Positions 54,478 through 64,000 of a DNA stretch of 64,000 bases are shown here, piece by piece. Origin of the DNA: Bryobacterales bacterium (GTDB lineage: Bacteria > Acidobacteriota > Terriglobia > Bryobacterales > UBA6623); NCBI GenBank assembly GCA_965226245.1, contig CBDDCL010000015.1, forward strand, positions 1,926,632 through 1,990,631, given 5' to 3'. Both the position numbers and the translations under genes were made by a program. The notes beneath the pieces are model-generated. The model saw only the letters and a list, made by a program, of their open reading frames with translations. It searched no databases and was not told where the DNA came from. The first letter of the stretch is position 1. Every line of letters begins with the position of its first letter.

Positions 54478-56563
54478 ATGGATCAAACCGCGAACCACAA
54501 AAACAATCAGCCCCTTGAGTCCTGGAAAGAAATAGCCAACTACTTGCAGCGAGATGTGAGGACGGTGGCCCGCTGGGAGAAGAACGAGAAACTTCCCGTT
54601 CATCGACACGAGCACCGCGGCGGGGCCTCCGTCTACGCCTACCCCAGCGAAATCGATGCATGGCGCTCCGCGCGGCGGCCCAATGCTGAATCTGCTCCGC
54701 CGGTCCCACTCTGGCGCCGCCGGGAAGCCTGGGCCAGCCTTGGTGTGGCGGTCGCCGCCGTGCTGGTGATCACATACGGTCCGTTTCTCAGCCCGCGCGA
54801 CCCGGTCGCCGAAGCTGCCGAAGACTCGATGCGCACCGAGCAGGTCTGGACTGGCAAGAGCGCCGACATGTTCAGCCGCCTCTCAGCCGACGGTCGCTGG
54901 GTGACATATCCGGATTGGTCCACTGGCGACATCGCTGTGCGAAACGTGGCGACTGGAACCGCACATCGTATTACCAACAAAGCACCTTGAGGGAAGAAAG
55001 ACCAGTCATACCCCGAGTCGAGCGCGCTGTCTCCAGACGGCCGCCTCGTCGCGTACTCGTGGTTCGAGGCTTCGCGGCAGAGGTATCAACTGCGCGTCGC
55101 CGCGTTCCAGCCTGAACGGCAAACCGGCGAACCCTCGATTGTCTTCGAATCGCCGGCTGCGGGGGAATACATCGAAGTAGTCGGTTGGATAGACCATTCG
55201 CACGTTCTCTTCATTCACAGCGCCGACGACAATACGATTGGGTTCTTGACCGTGGACGTCGGCAGCCGTGAATCCTTGGCGCTCAAGTCTCTCGGCTGGT
55301 CCTATCCGGAAGGAGTCGTCATCTCGCCCGACCGCCGCTGGATCGCATACGGGCTCGAGCCAACGCCGCTCGCCAAGCAGAGAGACATCTTCGTTTTAGC
55401 CGCGGACGGCTCGAGTGAGACTCGCGTCGCCGAACACGCTGCCGATGACACTCCGGCCGCCTGGTCTCCAGACGGCGCACACCTGCTTTTTAGCAGCGCC
55501 CGCACAGGGAGCGAGGCTCTGTGGTCCCAACATGCTGGAAGGCCGAGCCGTTGGATCGCCGCAGCTGGTTCGCCCGAGCGTCTCCATCCTCCAATCGGTC
55601 GGCATGACCCCCGAGGGCGATCTCTTCTACCTCACCCGCACCGGCGCTCGGGAGGTCCACGAGATCGAGATCGATTTCGCGGGCGGACGCCTGCTCTCGA
55701 AACCTACACCGATCACGGCTTCGGTTGCCGGCGCGAACTCTGATCCGTCCTACTCTCCGGACGGACATCGGATGGCCTACGTATCCGAGCGTTCGCCGCA
55801 TCGAGCGCGACGCCGAGTCATCGTCGTCCGCGATCTCGAGACCTCCGGGGAGCATGAGATCGAACCGCAGTTGCGGTTGATTCGAGAACTGCGTTGGTCG
55901 CCGGACTCGTCCGATCTCTTGTTCGTAGCGGGCGACCGCAAGGGGCGGCAGGGAGTCTATCGGATCGCGGCGGATGGAGGCGAAGCCTCGCTTGTCTTCC
56001 GGGCGAAGCGCCCAGGAAACGTCGGCTGGATGTCCGACGGCGAATCCGTACACTATCTTGATCCGGTCGGGGACGAGGGCGCCCATCACATCTTCAATCT
56101 CGCCGACGGAGCCCAACGGAGGATCCTTCCGCCCGAAGGCTATACCTGGCTCACCCTTTCGCCCGACGGCTCTCGATTTGCTTTGATCGACCGCCGGTTC
56201 GGCGAGCAAGGCAGGACTATTCTGGCCACGCTGGAGGCTCAGACCGGCGAGCGGAATGACTTGCTGAGACTGGAAGGCACGGCAAGAGCTGACTTCGCCA
56301 CGGCCTGGACGCCAGACGGCAAGACAATCCTGTTCTGGAGGAGAGACAAGTCCTCTCAAAACCCACAGCGTAGAGAGCTTTGGGCGATTGCGGCGGATGG
56401 GGGCGAGCCGCGTCCGATGAACCTCGGCGTGGACTTGCTTTCCGCCCCCGGCTTCCTGAGCGTTCATCCGGACGGTCGTCGCCTGGCTTACTCGGCTGGA
56501 GACCCAAAGTACGAAATCTGGAAATTCTCCAACTTCCTCGACCGCCTGGAGACGAGCGACTGA
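54478..56563 (+). pseudogene. HTH + TolB-like beta-propeller protein with an in-frame TGA and one frameshift
   Basis: N-terminal PLESWKEIANYLQRDVRTVARWEKNEKLPVHRH, one TM segment, then SPDG-type propeller repeats. A TGA lies at 54988-54990 with the same frame continuing (SYPESSALSPDGRLVAYSW). The frame changes near 55525-55535. Confidence 0.6.
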
Positions 56564-57097
56564 GTGGGAGGCTGTGATGCTTCGAGAACTCGCCGCAGAG
56601 GCCCTGCTGGTGCTTTTGCTGACGACCTTCTTATTTAGTGCTAGCCGCCACTCTGGGTCTGCCGGGACGCCCCGAGAACACAGCCGCGCGCGTCAGCAAG
56701 CGTTAAACCCAAACCTGCGCCAAATTCGCCCCACGACTCCAGCGCCTAAAAAAAGGGGACGCACGACCCGTCAACCCCAGGGGCGACCGGCTGCGGGGGC
56801 TCCGATGGCTGACTGCTGGATGCGAAGCTATTTCTCGTTAGCTATCCGACGGCGTCACCCTTCGTGGAATATTCTAGCGAGAACTGCCGGCGAATGGGGC
56901 CGCCATGCGCATGAAGCATCCGATTCGCCGGCGCCCCTGCCACAGGGCGAAGGCCGCGATGTAACCGGAACCTCAAAATGCCGCACCTCACCCGCTGCCT
57001 GGTCCTGGGGAGGTTTTATGAGATGGCTCCCTTAGTTTCAATCGCCAGGTCTAAACCCAGCGCCTTTCAGGCGGTCAGCTTCAAGCGAGGGTTCGAA

Positions 57098-57205
57098 CAG
57101 AGCCGCGCCCGAAAGCGAAAGGGTGCGGTCTTGGCGTGACCGCGTCCCGATGGGAAACCCGATGCACCCACTACTCTCGACCGCACCCTTGCGGGCGCGG
57201 CTCTG
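57098..57205. repeat. Inverted pair of family B-like cores
   Basis: The arms are 57098-57130 (CAGAGCCGCGCCCGAAAGCGAAAGGGTGCGGTC) and 57179-57205 (GACCGCACCCTTGCGGGCGCGGCTCTG), facing each other. Confidence 0.75.
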
Positions 57206-57530
57206 TTTGGGCCAGGTCGTTGCGTCCTGCCCTCTGGCGTCTTGACACTGCGCTTCCCGTTCAGAAGCCTCTGGGGTCCAGGCCTGTTTTGTCCTATTGT
57301 CCCGCCTCAGGTGAATGATTTATCCTGACTCTCCTGTCTGGGCGAAACTCGAATAAATTGCTCCGCCTGTGCTCAGGGTCTAAGGGTTTTCCAACAGCAT
57401 ATGTTGGCTAACGGCTCGTTGGTGCGCCCTGACGAGCAATGTTAATCTGAAGCAGACTGCGCAGGGTCCTGTTGGGCGCCGCGGGAGCAGACAGCCTCGA
57501 AATCAACGATTTCCAGGTTGTGCGGCGGGA

Positions 57531-58004
57531 TTGGGAATCGGGACACGGCTCCATTTGGATTCGCTGAAGATGGGCTCCATGACACTGTCCAATGGTTCTA
57601 TCAACAGGATCGTAACTTCGGTACTGATTGCTGTTGTTGCGCTTCTGGGCTGCCTCCCGCTCTCGATGGAAGAAGCTTCCAAGAAGGTCCAGGAGTTTGA
57701 GTTAAAGATGGCGGCGGGTCCGATCGGAGAGCGGATACTGGTTTCCAATCATTCGAACGAGCCGTGGGAGAACGTTGTGATGATCATCAATGATCAGCCG
57801 GATGGCAGCGGCTACAAGCTGACCTTGAGCAAGTTTTCCGAGCGGGCGAGTTTGCATTTTGGCATGAGGGTCTTCCGCAACAGCGAGGGGGAGCGCTTTG
57901 ACTCGAACAACGACGGGATGAAGACGCTCACCGTCTATGCCGATACACCCAGCGGCAAGGGGCGCTGGCGGTCCTCCTACCGCCAAAAGAAGAGTCAGAA
58001 TTAA
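57531..58004 (+). CDS. Hypothetical lipoprotein/membrane-anchored protein (start uncertain)
   Basis: Hydrophobic IVTSVLIAVVALLGCLP segment, lower GC. I recognise no family. Confidence 0.4.
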   Translation: MGIGTRLHLDSLKMGSMTLSNGSINRIVTSVLIAVVALLGCLPLSMEEASKKVQEFELKMAAGPIGERILVSNHSNEPWENVVMIINDQPDGSGYKLTLSKFSERASLHFGMRVFRNSEGERFDSNNDGMKTLTVYADTPSGKGRWRSSYRQKKSQN

Positions 58005-59017
58005 GCCGGTCCTGAGCGGCTTGCCAGCTTGACAAGCTGTTTCCCGATATTCTTCCCCGACATCATTTCAATGAACGCCCGCGGCGCATTCTCGATTCCC
58101 TCCGCGATTCTTTCACGATACTTGAGCTTGCCGCCGCGAACCCAATGGCTGAGTTCAGCGAGGGCGGCATCGTAGCGGTCCTGATAGTCAAACACGAGGA
58201 ATCCTTGCACTTTGGCCCGCTTCACGATCAGATGCCAGAGCAGCCGCGGGCCGTCTTCGGGTTTTTCCAGATTGTATTGGGAGATTTGTCCGCAAACGCT
58301 GACACGGCTCTTGGTGTTCAGAAGCGAGAATACCGCGTCCGTGATCGCCCCGCCCACGTTGTCAAAGTAGGCATCGACGCCGTCTGGGCAACATTTGCGG
58401 AGTTTAGCGCCTGTGTCGCCGGCGGTTCTGTAGTTGAAAGCGGCATCAAAGCCCAGGTCTTCGGTGAGATGCCTCACTTTCTCGTCGCTTCCGGCGATGC
58501 CGACCGCCCGGCAGCCTTTGATCTTCGCGATCTGACCGGCGGCGGATCCCACCGCGCCGGCGGCTGCGGATACAACCACGGTTTCACCCGGTTGAGGGTC
58601 GCAAATGTCGAGGAGTCCGAAATAAGCGGTGATTCCCGGCATGCCGAGCACTCCCAGGGAGGTCGAGATCGGGGCGGCATCCGGATCCAGCTTGCGAAGC
58701 TCCTTGCTGTCGGCGACCGCGTATTCCCGCCAGCCGAAGCCGCCAACGACAATATCCCCCGAGCGGAAGGGGGTCCCGCGGGATTCAAGCACTTCGCCGA
58801 CCGCCCCTCCAACCATGACCTCGCCTAAGCCCACCGCTGGAGCGTAGGATTTGCGTTCCCTCATGCGTCCCCGCATGTAGGGATCCACGGACATATACAG
58901 GCTCCGAATCAGGCATTGTCCGTCGGATGGCCGCGGGATCGCGGTCTCCTCGATTTGAAAGTCGGTTTCTTTCGGAAGCCCATTCGGGCGGGAAGCTAGT
59001 AAGATCTGTCGATTCAC
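58001..59017 (-). CDS. NADP-dependent alkenal/one oxidoreductase (MDR superfamily, CurA/YncB-like)
   Basis: GGAGG lies 9 nt upstream of the GTG at 59017 (VNRQILLASRPNGLPKETDF...). Cofactor motif AAAGAVGSAAGQIAK. Confidence 0.8.
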   Translation of the reverse strand: MNRQILLASRPNGLPKETDFQIEETAIPRPSDGQCLIRSLYMSVDPYMRGRMRERKSYAPAVGLGEVMVGGAVGEVLESRGTPFRSGDIVVGGFGWREYAVADSKELRKLDPDAAPISTSLGVLGMPGITAYFGLLDICDPQPGETVVVSAAAGAVGSAAGQIAKIKGCRAVGIAGSDEKVRHLTEDLGFDAAFNYRTAGDTGAKLRKCCPDGVDAYFDNVGGAITDAVFSLLNTKSRVSVCGQISQYNLEKPEDGPRLLWHLIVKRAKVQGFLVFDYQDRYDAALAELSHWVRGGKLKYRERIAEGIENAPRAFIEMMSGKNIGKQLVKLASRSGPA

Positions 59018-59615
59018 GTTCTTGTTCCTCCTATGCGAGGCAACAGCAACCACCTGTGGCGTTTCCCCAGTCGAATTGGATGCCGATAAGCCCGGAACCC
59101 TTCGTGGCGGTCAGGGCTTTGATTCCTCGTTCTGTCCTTCTGTTTGTGGAACTGTGTCCAACTGACGAAGTGTAGCAATCCGAAGCTCACCCCAGCCCGA
59201 TGGGCACTGGACGGCTTCGCCCGCGGCTGGAGTTCCTGTCATTCATATGATCGAGGATAGTCTCAATGTCTTTCTCCCGAGTTGACTCCTTGCAGGTCTC
59301 ACCGGGTCGACCGCTTTCCCGATTTCCAGCCGTGGCCGGACGCCAGGCAGCAGGCGACTCGTCGGGCAAAGATCGCCCTGAGCGAGTTTGCCTCCAGAGT
59401 TCAAGGACTCCAGCCAGACGACTACTTCGGGCGGCGTCAGGGTGCGGGTTCGGCGGCTCACACCTACTCGAGTGCACTCGGTTAGGAGGTTTTTCCCCGC
59501 GAGTTAAGGTTCAGCTAGCATTGTCCAGCTAGCAATGTCTGTTGTAGTAATGTTCCTAACGGTACTGGTACACGATTTTGGTGTCGCGGATTGCCGTGGA
59601 AGCGAGGCGTGTCAG

Positions 59616-60290
59616 ATGATCCGAGTTTGTGCTTGTGAGACGCAACCGATTGTCGTCGAAGGATTGAAAAGCAGTCTGCAGGATGTCGAGGACCTTGAAT
59701 TCAGCGGGTGCGTCGACAATTTGAGGTCCCTATTCGATCTGGTTGAGAAAGACTCCCCAAAAGTTTGCTTGATCGACAAGTCGTTTGGAACCAAGTCGGT
59801 GTTCCAAATCATATCGGACTTGAAGGCGCGCTGTCCCGAGACGGAACCGGTGCTGTGGGCGGCCGAGATATCCGAAGTGGAATCCTTCCGGGCTCTGCAA
59901 GTGGGTGCTCGCGGAATCCTGAAGAAGACGCTTCCCGTGACGGTCATCCTGGATTGCATTCGAACCGTCGCCAAGGGCAATATTTGGATTGAAAGTTCCG
60001 TGTCCAACCAGTTCGTTGGGTTCCTCAACCGCCGTTCGACTCCGAGGTTGACGCCCCGCGAGGAGGAGATCCTCAACCTGGTCATGAAGGGAATGAAGAA
60101 CAAACAGATTGCCGAGGAACTTTCCATCACGACCGGCACTGTAAAAGTTCATTTGATGCATATCTTCGAGAAGACCGGCGTCAAGGATCGATTTGAACTG
60201 GCCATGTACGGCCGGAAACTGCGCGGAGGCTCATTCGAGGTCGATTCGGAGCCTGTTCAGGAGTCCCTGCTCGCCCTCGGCGTTCTGTAG
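59616..60290 (+). CDS. LuxR/NarL-type response regulator with an atypical receiver
   Basis: C-terminal LTPREEEILNLVMKGMKNKQIAEELSITTGTVKVHLMHIFEKTGV. The receiver keeps the putative acceptor D (VCLIDKS), but the N-terminal acidic pair reads CE. Confidence 0.7.
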   Translation: MIRVCACETQPIVVEGLKSSLQDVEDLEFSGCVDNLRSLFDLVEKDSPKVCLIDKSFGTKSVFQIISDLKARCPETEPVLWAAEISEVESFRALQVGARGILKKTLPVTVILDCIRTVAKGNIWIESSVSNQFVGFLNRRSTPRLTPREEEILNLVMKGMKNKQIAEELSITTGTVKVHLMHIFEKTGVKDRFELAMYGRKLRGGSFEVDSEPVQESLLALGVL

Positions 60291-60326
60291 TGTCCAGGCT
60301 CTCTGTAGAATTGTTCCAGGGGAGCC

Positions 60327-62027
60327 ATGAACCAGCGAAGTCTGATCCTGGGGCTGGCAGCAGGCGTCATCACGTTCCTGACCGCCGCGAATCTATGCTG
60401 GTCTGCTGACTGGTTCGGCCGATTCCACGACGATTCCATCTACCTGAGTTCCGCGAAAGCTCTCGCCGACGGCCAAGGCTACGTGATGCCCAGCGTGCCC
60501 GGCGAACCGCCCCAGACGAAGTATCCTCCCCTCTACCCGTGGTTGTTGTCGCTGGTCTGGCACATCTGGCCCAGCTTCCCGCAAAATCTGGTTCCGGCGT
60601 TCTGGATCAACGCCCTGGCAGGGGCGGCGTTTTTCTTGGTTTGCTTCTTCGTACTGAGGCAACTCGGTATCGGCCAGGCGCCCGCGCTGGGGCTGGCCGC
60701 GGTTTGCGGCTTCCACCCCACCACTTTGCATCTGGCGACAACCTTGCTGAGTGATCTGCCGTTTATGGCGCTGTCGGTTGGTTCCAGCGCCCTTGCGTGG
60801 GCGGCTAGGGTTCGGTTTGGCGACCGGAAAATTCCGAGTTTGTGGCTGTTGGCCGGCGCCGTAGCTGCTCTAGCGGTCATGACGAGGTCGATAGGAATCG
60901 CTTTCGTGCTGGCTCTCGCCTGTTTTGCGGGCCGGCACAAGTCTTATCGCCTGGCCTTTCTCGCGCTGTTCGCCGGGTTGGCTGTCATTGGGGCCGGCAT
61001 GGCTTGGTCCTGGCAGAATCGAACTTTATTTAGTGTTGATTCCACAAGTCTTAGCGGGTACGAGCAGACCCGTTTATTCTATGGCAGCTACTTAGGGTTC
61101 TGGCTGAATTGCGTGCAGGATTGGGCTACCTTCCAGTCGATGGCCTCATTTAACTTCTGGGAACTGCTGAAGCAACCCGCGGCGACTTCCTTTTTGCTTC
61201 CGGTAGTCGGGTTCGAAGGCGGATTCTTGCAAGCTGTAGCCGTTGCCCTCTCGCTCGGGATTGCCAAAGGGGCGTTTGGATTAGCCCGGCTAAACGGACT
61301 CCACCCGTTGCATTTGGCCTTGTTTTTCACGGTTCCGGTCACGATCGTGTGGAACTACACGCTACTGGACCGCTTCTTGCTGCCTTTCTTGCCGCTATTC
61401 TTGGCGGGCGCCTACCACGAGATCAAATCGATCTTGGAGTCGGTAGTGGAGGTCTTTCGCGCCCGCAAGCCGGTTGTAGACCGGGTGGTTTCCGGGATTC
61501 TGGCGGGTGCGCTCGCTTGGCTGGTGCTGTTTGCGGCGATTGGCTATCTATGGCGAGCCCCCCGAGGGTTGCTGAACGGCCACACAGAGAGAGCTTTGCT
61601 GGCGGCCGAAAAGCGACAAGCCTATCGCTGGATTCTGGAGAACACCAAGGAGTCGGACCGCTTCATATCTTATGAAGACGCAGCTCTGTGGCTGCACACA
61701 GGCAGGCAAGCCCTCAGGCCGATGATCTTCTCCACCGCTGCTTTCTATCGCCAAGACAAGGGCATCGTGGAGCGAGATTTGGCCAGATTCATGGATACCG
61801 CCAGCGCGATTGAGGCCGGATACTGGATGGTTGCCGAGGATGATTACCAGCTTGCCAGCGCCTCGGAAATGATCGGAGAACACGCTGGCCGCTTGTTGCT
61901 TTCCTACTCCAAGGTCTTCGAAACCGACGGAGGCAAGGTCAAAATCTATGAATTTTCCAGGAACAGCGGAAGGAAGGGAAGCGACGGCGCCGGAGACGCG
62001 CCGGTTTCAATTCGGCCGGAAAGTTGA
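60327..62027 (+). CDS. GT-C fold membrane glycosyltransferase (GT39/ArnT-PMT-like)
   Basis: 566 aa with about 11-12 TM segments. The first-loop motif FHDDSIYLSSAKALADGQGY is typical of ArnT/PMT-type enzymes. Confidence 0.55.
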   Translation: MNQRSLILGLAAGVITFLTAANLCWSADWFGRFHDDSIYLSSAKALADGQGYVMPSVPGEPPQTKYPPLYPWLLSLVWHIWPSFPQNLVPAFWINALAGAAFFLVCFFVLRQLGIGQAPALGLAAVCGFHPTTLHLATTLLSDLPFMALSVGSSALAWAARVRFGDRKIPSLWLLAGAVAALAVMTRSIGIAFVLALACFAGRHKSYRLAFLALFAGLAVIGAGMAWSWQNRTLFSVDSTSLSGYEQTRLFYGSYLGFWLNCVQDWATFQSMASFNFWELLKQPAATSFLLPVVGFEGGFLQAVAVALSLGIAKGAFGLARLNGLHPLHLALFFTVPVTIVWNYTLLDRFLLPFLPLFLAGAYHEIKSILESVVEVFRARKPVVDRVVSGILAGALAWLVLFAAIGYLWRAPRGLLNGHTERALLAAEKRQAYRWILENTKESDRFISYEDAALWLHTGRQALRPMIFSTAAFYRQDKGIVERDLARFMDTASAIEAGYWMVAEDDYQLASASEMIGEHAGRLLLSYSKVFETDGGKVKIYEFSRNSGRKGSDGAGDAPVSIRPES

Positions 62028-62222
62028 TACGGGCATGCCGCTACTTGTGCCGGACGTACTATCACTGGGCAGTACCGCAGTGGTAAGCCTTTGGGTCCTG
62101 GGTCTATATGACTATTGGCACGATGTTCGTATTGCGATAGTATAGTCTAGGACCTGGAAATTCCGGCGTAAAGGTTTTCTTCCACCTGAGGAAAGCCCCC
62201 AGCCTGGGCTGATACGTAAACG

Positions 62223-63833
62223 ATGCAAACGGACAGCGCAAACGTGACAGCAGTCGCAGCGGGTGAATCGGCGCCGCCGGCGGGCGGCGCCTCGCGCTGG
62301 CTTCTTCCGCATCTGTCCGATTGGGTGTTTGCTTCTCTGTTGCTGTGGCTGTTTTTTGGGCACGGGGCGGCGCGAACTCTATTGGCCGATGGCGATACCG
62401 GCTGGCATATCCGGACGGGTCAATACGTTTTGGAGAATTGGGCATTTCCCCGCGTGGACTTGTTCTCCTTCACGATGGAAGGCAAGAGCTGGTTTGCCTG
62501 GGAATGGTTCTCGGATGTGCTGCTCGCACTCGCCTACAAGGCCGCCGAGCTGAAGGGGGTCGTGCTCTTGGCGGGTGTAGTGATTGCGGCCACGGCCGCC
62601 GCACTTCTGCGCTACATGCTGTGGCTTGGCGTCAATGTGCTGTTGGCGGTCTCCTTCCTGATGATTGCCGCGTCTGCTTCGATGGTCCACTGGCTGGCGC
62701 GCCCCCATATGTTCACTTGGGGCCTGCTGCTGGCCACCATTTGGCTGCTCGAGGCGGACCGCCGCGGAAACAGCCGCCGGGTTTACTGGCTGCTGCCGAT
62801 TGCCATCGTATGGACCAACACTCACGGTGGGTTCCTGACCCTGCTCATGGCCGTGGGCGTGTACGCGGTTGGGGTAGGATTGGAGCAACTGTGGGCAACG
62901 TATGACCATAGTTCTGAAGGGTTTAGCTGGCATCTGCCGGCTGCGGCCAAACGCTACGGCTTACTGCTGCTACTTTGTACCGCCGGCACGCTCGTCAATC
63001 CTTATGGTTATCAGCTCCACGTGCATATTTCCGAGTATCTGCGTTCTGATTTCATCCTGAATAATGTCCAGGAGTTTCAGTCGCCGGACTTCCGCGGCGA
63101 AAGCATGCTGGTTTACGAAGGCTTTTTGCTGCTGGGATTGATCTTGATTGTGAGATTAATCCGGCGGCGAGAGCTGGCCCAGGCCCTGCTGCTGCTGGCC
63201 TGGTCGCATGCATCGCTGGTATCGGTTCGTCATGTGCCTTTGTTCATGATTGTCTCGGCGCCTCTGATTGCTAGAGAGTTGACGCTGTTTATCGCGGAGG
63301 GTGTCAGCTCCGGTAATACTTGGCTGAAGGCGATCCACAGCATGGGAGAGGACTACGGGGGAAGCAAGCCGTCCGCGTCTTTCGCGTCCGCGCCCGCATT
63401 TTCGTGGCTTCCAGTGGTCGCCGTGGTGGTGATCGCTTCGATGCTGCACCTTCGCGCCGACAACTATCGCTGGAAGGCGCAGTTTCCCGAGGTCCGGTTT
63501 CCCGTAGCGGCATGTGATGCTTTGGAAGACCGGCTGGTCCAGCGCCGCGTGCTGAGTTCGGACCAGTGGTCTGACTATCTGATCTACAACTTCTATCCGA
63601 AAGTGAAGGTCTTTTTCGATGGTCGCAGCGATTTCTATGATCCCTCGATTCGCGGAGAATATCTTCAGCTCATTGGATCGGGGTGGCGCTGGGAAGAGAT
63701 CGTTGACCGCTATGAGTTCGACGCGGCCCTGCTGCCACTGGACTGGCCGCTGGCGTCCACGATGAAGGTGCACCCGGATTGGGCTGTGGTCTATGACGAC
63801 GGGCTGGCGGTTTATTTGGAGAGAGTGAGGTGA
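62223..63833 (+). CDS. Polytopic membrane protein, possibly a second GT-C-like glycosyltransferase
   Basis: 536 aa with many TM segments. An early loop reads ADGDTGWHIRTGQYVL. Soluble C-terminal domain. Confidence 0.4.
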   Translation: MQTDSANVTAVAAGESAPPAGGASRWLLPHLSDWVFASLLLWLFFGHGAARTLLADGDTGWHIRTGQYVLENWAFPRVDLFSFTMEGKSWFAWEWFSDVLLALAYKAAELKGVVLLAGVVIAATAAALLRYMLWLGVNVLLAVSFLMIAASASMVHWLARPHMFTWGLLLATIWLLEADRRGNSRRVYWLLPIAIVWTNTHGGFLTLLMAVGVYAVGVGLEQLWATYDHSSEGFSWHLPAAAKRYGLLLLLCTAGTLVNPYGYQLHVHISEYLRSDFILNNVQEFQSPDFRGESMLVYEGFLLLGLILIVRLIRRRELAQALLLLAWSHASLVSVRHVPLFMIVSAPLIARELTLFIAEGVSSGNTWLKAIHSMGEDYGGSKPSASFASAPAFSWLPVVAVVVIASMLHLRADNYRWKAQFPEVRFPVAACDALEDRLVQRRVLSSDQWSDYLIYNFYPKVKVFFDGRSDFYDPSIRGEYLQLIGSGWRWEEIVDRYEFDAALLPLDWPLASTMKVHPDWAVVYDDGLAVYLERVR

Positions 63834-64000
63834 GAACAACGCCGGCGTCCGCGTCAGCTCGGAGGCCGTCACGTGTTGATTTAGAAGGGGTTAAAGAGAA
63901 GGCGGAAACTGGCTGGTTGTAGACATGCAGGCCCTAGGGGGACTTACGAGGAACACCTGGGCGGTTCTCCTAGCTGTGGTTAAGTAAGGATACTGTGGAA

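Noticed and set aside
54988-54990. In-frame TGA as a selenocysteine or programmed readthrough codon.
   Set aside because: The codon lies in a linker or propeller region, not in a redox motif. I saw no obvious SECIS-like hairpin immediately downstream. The same gene also carries a frameshift, which favours decay or sequencing error.
56574-57035. 153-aa ORF downstream of the beta-propeller pseudogene.
   Set aside because: No motifs, a Pro/Arg-rich composition and no RBS. The region contains family B-like repeats, so I treat it as non-coding.

Overview
High-GC (about 60-65%) chromosomal segment. Gene content and repeats suggest Acidobacteriota (subdivision-3 / Bryobacter-Solibacter-like); that is inference from motif recall only, as no searches were possible. 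Housekeeping genes (rpsA, serS, lpxA) are interleaved with transport and catabolic genes: a GntP permease, a CarboxypepD_reg-type TonB-dependent receptor, a Gfo/Idh/MocA oxidoreductase, a TPP-dependent E1 alpha/beta pair, an MhpD-like hydratase, an HpcH-type aldolase, RidA, M1 and M42 peptidases, an SDR, two radical SAM enzymes, and a LuxR regulator followed by two GT-C-like membrane proteins. The window is unusually rich in mobile DNA. It holds a two-gene IS4-superfamily element, an IS3 with an intact -1 frameshift site, and a tandem pair of IS1595 copies inserted 9 nt into a RES-toxin gene. It also holds IS110 and RAYT-like remnants, TA-type modules (VapBC, DUF433/DUF5615, a hicB remnant, a YgiT zinc finger), many pseudogene fragments and at least four dispersed intergenic repeat families. 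I found no rRNA, tRNA or CRISPR array. I did not find a clear-cut new multi-gene system. The best leads are five. (1) A 3.5-kb low-GC insert bracketed by about 460-bp direct repeats of host sequence, one of which carries a 116-bp inverted block. (2) The IS1595 / RES-toxin disruption. (3) The IS4-like element carrying a HARE-HTH-like passenger gene. (4) Twin-arginine or Sec signals on enzymes that are normally cytosolic. (5) The structured repeat families. All family names rest on motifs I recognise by eye and need database confirmation.
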